64,000 nt of DNA, from the sequence record MZ443783.1; one strand, given 5' to 3'. The position numbers and the translations under genes are program-made. Under the pieces are notes generated by a model. The model was not told the DNA's origin. It saw only the letters and a program-made list of their open reading frames with translations, and did no database searches. Below, one piece after another: positions 16,784 to 24,897 of the stretch; within the stretch, counting starts at the first letter, position 1, and the number at the start of each line of letters is the position of its first letter.

Positions 16784-19700
16784 TTACTGATAGCGCACTG
16801 TGATTACTGCGGTTCCGAACGCACGAGCGTTTGTGCGATAGATCAAGACGTTCTCCGTCAAGTTATCGTACACAACCTTTCCTACGATTGGTCCCTTCTT
16901 ACCGTTATCTCCAGTGACAGGCCATTGAGCACCATCGAACCCAAGCCACCCTTTGTTTACTGCGCCTGTGCTGTCTGCGGCTGCTGCGAAAACAGCTTGA
17001 CCGTATGACTGCCTAACAACAAAGTAACCGTATTCATCTGTCTTGGTAGACAACACGAACTGACCACCGTTGTTAGAACGCAAGCGCGTAGGCAATTGGG
17101 CGAGCGCAATGCTAACGCCTGTTATACCAAATGGTGCAATGCCGAAGCGTGGATAGGACGACATAGCCTTCATGAAGTGCGTCTGTGTTAAGCGTTGCTG
17201 ACCTTCAATATACAGTGCTTTCACACCGAAGTCAGTATCGTTCAACAACAGGCCGATGGTTAGGCGTCCAGTCTGCGCGTTGATTGAGATGCCTTGCACG
17301 TCAACCACGTCACCCTTACTGTTCGTTATCTGCCACAAGCATTTCGCACTAACATCATCTTTGACGAACGTACCAGTACGGCCTAACAGCGCATTCATCT
17401 GCATAGAGCTATCATCACGAACGTTGGTGTAACCGCCGACTGTAAGGTCTTGCGGGAAACCTACGCCCGGACAAGTAATCTCTTGCACCAGACTGATTTC
17501 AGTACGCTGCTCGGTAATGATACATTCCACCTTAACTGTCTGTGGGTCTTTCGAGGCAGGGAAACGGAACGTGCCGTCTTGAGCCAAGCTGAATCCACTT
17601 ACAGAGTTGATGACGTTCCATTTAAACTTAACCGAGTTCGCATCTGGAATCGCGGACGAACCACCAGCACCAGAACGACGCTGATAGTAGGCGATAAAGC
17701 GATAGTCAGTGTTCGGGTTAATGTTGCCTGCAGGATTCTCGATGTAGCCGTTAAGAATCGTGTTCTGCGTTTGCAACTGAATGGTACGAGTGCCTGTGAT
17801 TGTCTCGTCTGCTAACGACTGAGGGTTTTGTTTGGTGAACACCGCACGTAGCCCAATCTGACCGTCAGAGAGTTGCGACTGACCGATAAACAGGTGACCA
17901 TTAAGCGGGTCAATAGACACACCGTCCACGTTAGTCTCATCACCAATAGACCAGATAGCATCAGTAGACAGGAACTCATCGTCAGGGTCAATGATAACAC
18001 GCAGCGAGTAAGGCACATACCAGCGACCGTTCTCATAACCAATAGTTGGGTTTCTGTCGGACACATCCCAAACAACGTCTGGGCCTACGATACCAATCTG
18101 ACGGAGATACGTGTTTGCCTGTACAAGGAACACAAGCAGGGTCTTCTCAATCTGATATTGATCGCAGGTGTAACGAGCACGAAGCATCACAGCACCGTTG
18201 ACGTTCTGGCTTGGCGTGAGAGTACCTTCCGCATCAATCTCCGCAACCACGTCAGTCGTAGGAATCAGGACTTGCGTGTTATTCGGACCATCTTGCGTGT
18301 AGTAGTTCTGCACAACAGACCATTCAGAATCAACTTCGAGGTCAAACGTTCGAGGAGTTTCTTCTGCATACGAACCATCGAGAGTACGCATTACACCACC
18401 GGTCTTATATGTGTTGACCAGAGTGTAGGACTCGTTCAACACACCAGCAGAGATTTGCGTGGCACCTTCGATGCGGCTGTTAATGATATTGTTTATGCTC
18501 TGCTTAGGTGCAGGCGAAACAATCAGGTCGATCTTATTGCTCACTCGGAAGAATGAAGCAATGACCTGCGTGTACGTGTCGTAATCAGTCAGGCTCTTAC
18601 CTGTCTGGAGAATCGCACCATCGTAATACGCTTTATCCAGATCTGCCAGACTACCGATAGCGTTGAACATAGGCAGTTTGCTTACGTCCATACTACGGAA
18701 GTCTTTGTAGTCAACAGGGGCGCGTCCTTCGATGATCTCAACCACAGCAGAACCAGAATAACGACCAGGCGAGAACTGCAAGAACTTGTACTCGTCTTCG
18801 TTTTTCTCAGGCCAGTTGCCTGTCCACTCTGCGGCTGTCACGTATTCCTGTGAGCCATCAACATAAGTTGCAAGCAAACGGACGAACGTGCGCGACTTCT
18901 CATACATCGTGTCTGGACATTCAATCGTGATACTATCCACCAGCGAGCGCACAGGGATAAGCTGTAAGTCACGATAGTTGGTGAGCGTTGTGCCTTCGAA
19001 CTCGTAGGTCAGATGAACACGCGCAGAACCATGCAGGTCACCCTGATAGTAAAGCACATACTCTTTGACGCTACGTTTCATCACAGGGTCATAAACATCA
19101 ATCGCGGAGAAACTGATATTCAACGTCACCCAGCGAGCGTAGTCAGGATTGTCTGGGTCAAATTGACTTGGGTCCTGTCCTTGTTCGACTGCCTGTTGTT
19201 GTAGCCTGATAGTACGAGCGCGAGCTTCTTCACGCGCACTATCTGATGGAAGATACTCAACCGTCGCAGCAGCCGCAGCAGCGTAAGACAGGCCGTTATT
19301 CCACAGGCACATAATCGGCAGCATGAGCGTAGAGCCGCTACTGATTGTTGGTGAGCTACGCAGGTCAACCGATTTAGGAATCATGATCGTATCGTTAATC
19401 ATGATGATGCGATTGAACGTCTGCACACCAGAACCTTCGATGTACGAGAAGTTAAGCGCATACGGCAGGGCGTTCCCATCAACCAATGGAGCTTCGAACT
19501 CACCTGTCTGCTGGTCAACACGAGGCAGAGCGTTAACGCCAGTAGCAGAGTCTTCGCCACTAAACCAGATGCCAAACACTTCGGTGTATGCAACCACAAT
19601 TGTAGGGTCACGCGCAGCAATCTGTTCAGCCGTAGCAGAAGCCAGCACATACAACGCCATTGCTTTGGGGCGAATGATATCACGTTCAACCACAGTATCA

Positions 19701-21319
19701 GGAACAATAATGTCGATTGTCGCAAGATTAATCTCTGGCGCTTTCAACACAACCTGCTTAACTGCTTCGACAGGTACAACGTCACCGAATGCTGCATAGA
19801 TGGACGTCATGTAGTCTTGGCGCATCACCTTAGATTTGAGAACGTTCTCCACAATCTCAGTGTGCTCGCTGGTGGTACGTGCTTGAGCCACGCCCAGCTT
19901 AGACGTTCCATCATTGTACGTCACGGCGTAACGCAGACTGAACTCCTCGCCTTGAGGAATCTCATCATCAACAATGATACGCAACTCGGTCGGCACCAAA
20001 TCTTTCACGCTACGATTAACGTCAAACTCTTTGGTCTGGGACATATCAAACTGTCCCTGATACTTGACGTTGATATCAATCTTCGTATCGGCGTCCACGC
20101 TAGGCAGATTGAGAGTTGTACCATTGAACGTGCCAAGAGAAGATGACAGAGCGATCATGCCACTATCAGTCAATTCTTTGGTCGAGCCTGTTGCAAGGTA
20201 CTTACCATACACCCGCACCTTAGCGCTGGCGTTACCGTACAGCGTTGGGCATTCGATTGTCAGTTCATCCGGGTCAGGCTCAACACCCATAGGATAGATG
20301 CGAGACTCAAGAGGCTGACTGGTTCCGTTGTACGTTAGAGTCAGATTGATAACAGAGATGGCCAGAGGCTCATTGAAGCGCACTGCATTACCGTCACGTT
20401 CTGCAATCCAATCAGAGTCTTCTACCCATACTTCTACCGTTTCTTCCGTATTGTCACTGTAGCTGATAACAGCGCCAAACGTAGTCCACTCGCCACCGCG
20501 AATGAACTCAGGCTGGATGAATGCGATTGAGGACTGGATAGGTCTACCAATGTTGAAACGACGTACTGGTTCGACAACGACGTGAGCACCGAGATACAGC
20601 TTCGCACCGATATTAATCGCGGCATAGACACCCTCCAATACTTCTTCGATAGGTGCCCATTGATAGAACAGGTCTGCAATACGGCGCTGAAACATTGCGC
20701 TTCGTGCCGTGTACTGTTCAACATCGTTATTCACAGGCTCAAAGCCGATATGGTTGTTGAACCAATCTTCCGCTTCTTGCTGCGTCATGCCAACTTCTTG
20801 CAGAGCGTTAACAACATCCTGTTCTGCATCTTTCGTAATCGTCAGGTCAAGGCCACCGTCAATTAGATGTGCATCGACTTCGAGATTCACCTTGTTCGTT
20901 TTGTACCACGTACCTCCGTCCTGAATGAGAGTACCAAGAGGTGTGGGCACGAATGTCTGATAGTCCGCCGTATATAAGCGCGTAGAATCAAACTGACCAC
21001 CTAGAAGCATACCAACGAACTTAGGCCATTGAGTAGTACCAGACACCTGCTGCCAATCGGGCAAACAGTCAATGACGCGTTTCAGCGAAGGCAAACGATA
21101 CTGCATCAGGTCGCGTGTGATGTTGATGCCAAGCTGGCGAATAGCAGCTTCGGCCAGCTCGTCGTTTGTGTCTGCGGTGATACGACGAAGGTCCAACAGT
21201 TGTTGAATGACTGTCAGGTTCTGTTCGTCGTTGTGCGCGTCAAGCATCTCGAACAACTCTGCCCATGCTGGATTGCTTTCAATGAAGTCAATGTTGAAGG
21301 CTAGAGTGTTTGTCTTCAC
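16784..21319 (-). CDS. Large baseplate wedge/tail protein with multiple Ig-like repeats (1511 aa)
   Basis: Follows the gp6-like gene; N-terminal wedge-like region (LGINI...LPDWQQVSGT); repeated 'L.I..P..v.e....' and 'Y.DG+' Ig-like units. Confidence 0.7.
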   Translation of the reverse strand: MKTNTLAFNIDFIESNPAWAELFEMLDAHNDEQNLTVIQQLLDLRRITADTNDELAEAAIRQLGINITRDLMQYRLPSLKRVIDCLPDWQQVSGTTQWPKFVGMLLGGQFDSTRLYTADYQTFVPTPLGTLIQDGGTWYKTNKVNLEVDAHLIDGGLDLTITKDAEQDVVNALQEVGMTQQEAEDWFNNHIGFEPVNNDVEQYTARSAMFQRRIADLFYQWAPIEEVLEGVYAAINIGAKLYLGAHVVVEPVRRFNIGRPIQSSIAFIQPEFIRGGEWTTFGAVISYSDNTEETVEVWVEDSDWIAERDGNAVRFNEPLAISVINLTLTYNGTSQPLESRIYPMGVEPDPDELTIECPTLYGNASAKVRVYGKYLATGSTKELTDSGMIALSSSLGTFNGTTLNLPSVDADTKIDINVKYQGQFDMSQTKEFDVNRSVKDLVPTELRIIVDDEIPQGEEFSLRYAVTYNDGTSKLGVAQARTTSEHTEIVENVLKSKVMRQDYMTSIYAAFGDVVPVEAVKQVVLKAPEINLATIDIIVPDTVVERDIIRPKAMALYVLASATAEQIAARDPTIVVAYTEVFGIWFSGEDSATGVNALPRVDQQTGEFEAPLVDGNALPYALNFSYIEGSGVQTFNRIIMINDTIMIPKSVDLRSSPTISSGSTLMLPIMCLWNNGLSYAAAAAATVEYLPSDSAREEARARTIRLQQQAVEQGQDPSQFDPDNPDYARWVTLNISFSAIDVYDPVMKRSVKEYVLYYQGDLHGSARVHLTYEFEGTTLTNYRDLQLIPVRSLVDSITIECPDTMYEKSRTFVRLLATYVDGSQEYVTAAEWTGNWPEKNEDEYKFLQFSPGRYSGSAVVEIIEGRAPVDYKDFRSMDVSKLPMFNAIGSLADLDKAYYDGAILQTGKSLTDYDTYTQVIASFFRVSNKIDLIVSPAPKQSINNIINSRIEGATQISAGVLNESYTLVNTYKTGGVMRTLDGSYAEETPRTFDLEVDSEWSVVQNYYTQDGPNNTQVLIPTTDVVAEIDAEGTLTPSQNVNGAVMLRARYTCDQYQIEKTLLVFLVQANTYLRQIGIVGPDVVWDVSDRNPTIGYENGRWYVPYSLRVIIDPDDEFLSTDAIWSIGDETNVDGVSIDPLNGHLFIGQSQLSDGQIGLRAVFTKQNPQSLADETITGTRTIQLQTQNTILNGYIENPAGNINPNTDYRFIAYYQRRSGAGGSSAIPDANSVKFKWNVINSVSGFSLAQDGTFRFPASKDPQTVKVECIITEQRTEISLVQEITCPGVGFPQDLTVGGYTNVRDDSSMQMNALLGRTGTFVKDDVSAKCLWQITNSKGDVVDVQGISINAQTGRLTIGLLLNDTDFGVKALYIEGQQRLTQTHFMKAMSSYPRFGIAPFGITGVSIALAQLPTRLRSNNGGQFVLSTKTDEYGYFVVRQSYGQAVFAAAADSTGAVNKGWLGFDGAQWPVTGDNGKKGPIVGKVVYDNLTENVLIYRTNARAFGTAVITVRYQ

Positions 21320-22779
21320 TGGTTCATCTTCCTTTCGCTGTAGGTGATGTTAATGCGAAGGTTGCGCAGCGCCACATACTCAAGCATCGTGTTAGGAATG
21401 ATATCCTGAACAGGGCTTTCGATGTTGCAGTAGTCCACTACAGGTCTACGCTTAGGCTGGTCTACATCGGTCCAGTCATACAGCACACGGTCTGTAATGT
21501 CAGACAGAGCAAGACGTTTACCAAGCATACCAGGACGGCGCTCAAACAGTTTAAGCACGGACGCTTCGAGTGTAGCCTGATTTGATTCACGCGTACCTGG
21601 TGCGTCAGCGTACAGAGCCACATTCAAGATGCAGTCAATCTGGAGCTTATCAGGGTTCCACGATTGCACATCGAGAGGACTGTGGTACTGTGCAAGCCAG
21701 TTCAAGAACTTCGTCCATTGCGCAGACGTAGGATTGGGATTGATGCCTCCCCACGTGCTGGTGTTACGAGGCAGAATGCAGCAGCGCACAACGCCTTGCC
21801 ACTCACGATCATTTGGTGCAATCTCCGCCTGACCTTGAACGACAACATCAGCAACGTCTGGATAGAGTGCGATGGCCGCTTTCCATTCGTCACGGCGAAT
21901 CAGCTTCTTACGACTGCGGCCGACGATAGGGCTGTAGTTGCGGTAGTAGTCCACAGGTGTTTCATCAGAACCACCGAGACACGCGCTAACAGTTTTGCCT
22001 TGCAGTTGTGAGTTAGACAGACACTGCACTTTCAGGCCGATACTGTCTGTGTTGCTCGACGCACCAAGTGCTTTGATGCCCTGCACTTTCATCGTATAAC
22101 CAACAGGAGGTTGTGCTCCCCACTGCTCACCACCGAATTGAATCTCAACGTCGCCCTCATCAGTTGTCACGTCGAGGAAGATTTGCTGGTCAGCATACGC
22201 TTCAAACAAACACTTGTCGAAACGCTGGAACTCAATTTTCGTGCCAGTAGGATGTTCGAACCACACACGCAGTTCATCGGTCAACTGGAAGTTCTCGGTG
22301 CCAAGTCGAATAGACATGTAATCGACAGCGTTAGGCACTACCTGACTGAACGTGAATGTTTCGGCAATGATGAAGTCCACGTTTTTAACTTCGCCCGGTT
22401 CCCACTGCGTAACTTCTGCCAACAGGGCGTTGAAACTACCGATAGTGAACGGCGTGTACTTATCGTATGACTGTTTGATGGACGACAGGTTAGCGACCGA
22501 GGCCGTTACTGTAGATACGGATTTGCGTCCAATATCAACGCCGAGATAGCGGGCGTTAGCGAGGATTGAAGTGTTACGTCTGGCCAGACGACTGAACGCT
22601 TCACGCGCTGCAATCAGGTTAGCGTAGGAGTTCGTTACACCGATATCGCCGAGCGCATCCGCAAGCAATGACGTCAGGGAACTTACCTGCGCATCCGTCC
22701 AGTAACTCGATTTGTTGATACGCGAAAGGAAGTCTTGTGCAAACTCCTCGTGCGTGGTGTAGGTGTTAAGCATGGACAT
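21316..22779 (-). CDS. Baseplate wedge protein (T4 gp6/baseplate J-like)
   Basis: AARE..SRLARR.TSILANARYLG; GGSDETP..YYR...P...R gp6-type motifs. Confidence 0.85.
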   Translation of the reverse strand: MSMLNTYTTHEEFAQDFLSRINKSSYWTDAQVSSLTSLLADALGDIGVTNSYANLIAAREAFSRLARRNTSILANARYLGVDIGRKSVSTVTASVANLSSIKQSYDKYTPFTIGSFNALLAEVTQWEPGEVKNVDFIIAETFTFSQVVPNAVDYMSIRLGTENFQLTDELRVWFEHPTGTKIEFQRFDKCLFEAYADQQIFLDVTTDEGDVEIQFGGEQWGAQPPVGYTMKVQGIKALGASSNTDSIGLKVQCLSNSQLQGKTVSACLGGSDETPVDYYRNYSPIVGRSRKKLIRRDEWKAAIALYPDVADVVVQGQAEIAPNDREWQGVVRCCILPRNTSTWGGINPNPTSAQWTKFLNWLAQYHSPLDVQSWNPDKLQIDCILNVALYADAPGTRESNQATLEASVLKLFERRPGMLGKRLALSDITDRVLYDWTDVDQPKRRPVVDYCNIESPVQDIIPNTMLEYVALRNLRINITYSERKMNQ

Positions 22780-22781
22780 GG

Positions 22782-23204
22782 TTACTGGGACCTCATGGCA
22801 AACGTAACGGATTCTTTCGATTCGAGCTTAGGGCAGCGCCACGTAACGATACACACGTAGGTCTGTTCATATTGCTCGCTCATTGTACACGCTGTTTGCA
22901 CGTTGGTCACATCATTCGTAAGACCATTAGCTGGGTCTTCGAGCGCAAGGCGCATATACGTTGCAATCCAGTCTGCTGTAGTCTGGTCGAAAGGTTCAAA
23001 TAGGTATTGATACACGTCAGCACCAAACGACTCACGCCATTTGCGAGACTTTTTGCGAGTACCAATGACCATTAAAATCTTCTGGACAATGCTGTCCATG
23101 TTCTGCACGTTATCACGCGGTTCAAGTTGAATCCACGCATTGATATCACAATAGACTCGCTCGCTGATAGGAACGTCTATTAGTCTGACTCCGATTCCTG
23201 CCAT
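22782..23204 (-). CDS. Baseplate wedge subunit (gp25-like)
   Basis: SIVQKILMVIGTRK..R.WRESFGADVYQYLFEPFD pattern. Confidence 0.85.
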   Translation of the reverse strand: MAGIGVRLIDVPISERVYCDINAWIQLEPRDNVQNMDSIVQKILMVIGTRKKSRKWRESFGADVYQYLFEPFDQTTADWIATYMRLALEDPANGLTNDVTNVQTACTMSEQYEQTYVCIVTWRCPKLESKESVTFAMRSQ

Positions 23205-23494
23205 TAGCCAAATCTCACGTTAGAGCTACCATTAGAAGCTGTGTCACCACAACTGTTTCCATCACCAGCACGTTGAGCGGGCTTGCCGTTAACACGCACA
23301 CTTGAGCTTGATGTTGCTTTACCAACATGCGGAGGTTTCTTAGGCTTCCAGTGTGGCTTATAGGCGTCACCGCTGCGAACGCTTCCCTTGCCGTTGACAA
23401 GCACATTCGTTGATGCCTGTGCTGGGACGACAGGGAAATAACCGCTGTGACCTGTAGACAGATCTGTGCCAAGTCGAATAGCTTTCTGACCCAT
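23204..23494 (-). CDS. PAAR-repeat spike tip protein (gp5.4-like)
   Basis: AIRLGTDLSTGH...VLVNGKGSVRSGD...VRVNGKPAQRAGD...CG. Confidence 0.9.
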   Translation of the reverse strand: MGQKAIRLGTDLSTGHSGYFPVVPAQASTNVLVNGKGSVRSGDAYKPHWKPKKPPHVGKATSSSSVRVNGKPAQRAGDGNSCGDTASNGSSNVRFG

Positions 23495-23517
23495 GATTAT
23501 TCTCCTCTGTTAGACAC

Positions 23518-23525
23518 AAATTAGC
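23518..23525 (-). promoter_or_regulatory. Putative late promoter motif GCTAATTT
   Basis: 24 nt upstream of the PAAR start, immediately after a terminator. Confidence 0.55.
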
Positions 23526-23539
23526 TTGTTAGGCCGCAG

Positions 23540-23575
23540 AAACAAAAACGGGCAGCCTCATGGCCACCCAGTTTC
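23540..23575 (-). terminator. Intrinsic terminator
   Basis: Minus strand GGGTGGCC-ATGA-GGCTGCCC followed by GTTTTTGTTT. Confidence 0.75.
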
Positions 23576-23821
23576 TGTGCTTGGATTTGTGTCGCTCATT
23601 CCCTCACACCCGAAGCGAGTGCCCGACGGCTTTAGCCGATGAGCCGGAATGAATGTCCGAGAGTGACGATACACCTGGTATCGACAGCATGTGACTCTCG
23701 GGCCATGATAGCAATAGACCAAGCATCGCTATTGCCACCAGCGACACTAAGAACAAAAGCATGTTTCGCTCCTCGTGTCTTACTTTAAATAACTACGTTT
23801 GATCAACTGGTACTTTGTTCT

Positions 23822-23849
23822 GCTCGTCGCCCAACATCACTTGAGTATC
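23822..23849 (+). repeat. 28-bp direct repeat, copy 1 (GCTCGTCGCCCAACATCACTTGAGTATC)
   Basis: Identical to 24211-24238. Confidence 0.95.
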
Positions 23850-24210
23850 AGAACGTTTCTCTGTCTTTACCGCCTACGTTGCGGTTATACCGCGCACGAC
23901 ACTCACATATCAAGGGCACTCGGCGGAAAGGGTAAGTTCCGAATGTCCTAACAACATGAGTGAAGCGAAGGAGGTCCCGTATCGGTGATCTGCAGGGGTT
24001 CACGCACTTTTAACATTCGCTTCTTTGTGCATTAGATCTTTCGTGGACTCGAATGCCCTGCTAATCATTCCACTAAGATATTTCACACCCTATTGTGAAC
24101 GGGTCAAGCTATGGCAGCACGTCAGCACGGCAGGCAGCGGACACACTCCATTAAGCATTGTTAAGGGCAATGCTCAACAGGCTGTGAACAGCTTGGTCGG
24201 AATAGGTTTC

Positions 24211-24238
24211 GCTCGTCGCCCAACATCACTTGAGTATC
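24211..24238 (+). repeat. 28-bp direct repeat, copy 2
   Basis: Identical to 23822-23849. Confidence 0.95.
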
Positions 24239-24825
24239 TCGACCTAAACTTTTACTCTCCACACGACTACAAGGAAGAATCGCGTTTCTGTGACCTGCGG
24301 ATGTTTATCACTCTCAGACTCTTGAGCCACTATCTGGAAGCTAACACGTTGAGTCGTCCGCTGGATGACGTGTTAGCTCTCCTCTCCTCGTCGTGCGAAG
24401 GCCAGAGTGGTAGCTGATGGATTGTCATGAAGGAATCCCTGGGGGTCATCGCTTCCCAATGTACACAGGGTGAAAGCCTATGCACATCAGGCAGCGTCTG
24501 CTGCGGTACTGATGTCCCCTTGAGAGTGGCCATAGCGTTGAGTTTGCGCTTCGCCAGTCTACGTGCCTGGAAGGTATCTGCCGTGCCTATGTCTGCATTC
24601 AGCATGGTTCCTTTGCTGGGCCTTTTGGGCGTCAGCGACAGAGCAGATATTCATCACGTGGGTGCCGGGGTTGTCCTCACGATTACAGAGCGAACTCAAA
24701 CCGGCTGGAGGCCCGTATGCTCAGGAATGCACATACGAGTTTACCAGAAGAACGGCCCCGCTATGGTAGCGTTCTTCCGAGACATACTGATATTACTATC
24801 TGCAATTTTTATTTACAGATTTTTC

Positions 24826-24888
24826 TTAACCTTCGCCCCAACCACAAGAAGCAGGTTTACCGTCACCGTAACCGATTTTAAACAGCAT
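24826..24888 (-). CDS. Putative 20-aa small protein MLFKIGYGDGKPASCGWGEG
   Basis: TAAGGA SD overlapping the upstream stop codon, the same arrangement as at 27712-27724. Confidence 0.45.
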   Translation of the reverse strand: MLFKIGYGDGKPASCGWGEG

Positions 24889-24897
24889 AGTTAGTCC

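Larger units (their letters stand above)
23577..24820 (+). ncRNA. Large structured non-coding RNA, group II intron-like (ORF-less), boundaries approximate
   Basis: About 1.3 kb without a credible gene; many stems (e.g. 23589-96/23740-47, 23962-69/24016-23, 24339-47/24370-78, 24484-90/24509-15); most G-U wobbles work on the plus strand; domain-V-like hairpin at 24709-24742. Confidence 0.65.

Noticed and set aside
23930-23942. 13-nt match GGGTAAGTTCCGA to 23S rRNA helix 71
   Set aside because: No flanking rRNA similarity; a match of this length is plausible by chance
23822-24238. Possible CRISPR array
   Set aside because: Only two repeat copies, 389 nt apart, and no cas genes in the window
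24753-24770. Minus-strand GGGGCCG resembling a tmRNA 5' end; also checked for RNase P and group I intron core motifs
   Set aside because: No matching T-arm/CCA 3' end, no GAGGAAAGUCC, and no convincing group I R/S (P7) elements
24743-24790. Group II domain VI with bulged branch-point A
   Set aside because: A hairpin follows the DV-like element and an AC end is possible at about 24787, but no clearly bulged A could be placed, so splicing competence is not claimed
24025-24894. ORFs inside the structured interval (24025-24417 +, 24330-24605 -, 24427-24894 +, 24563-24769 +)
   Set aside because: No clear SD, no RT (YADD) or endonuclease motifs, atypical composition; the sequence is better explained by RNA structure
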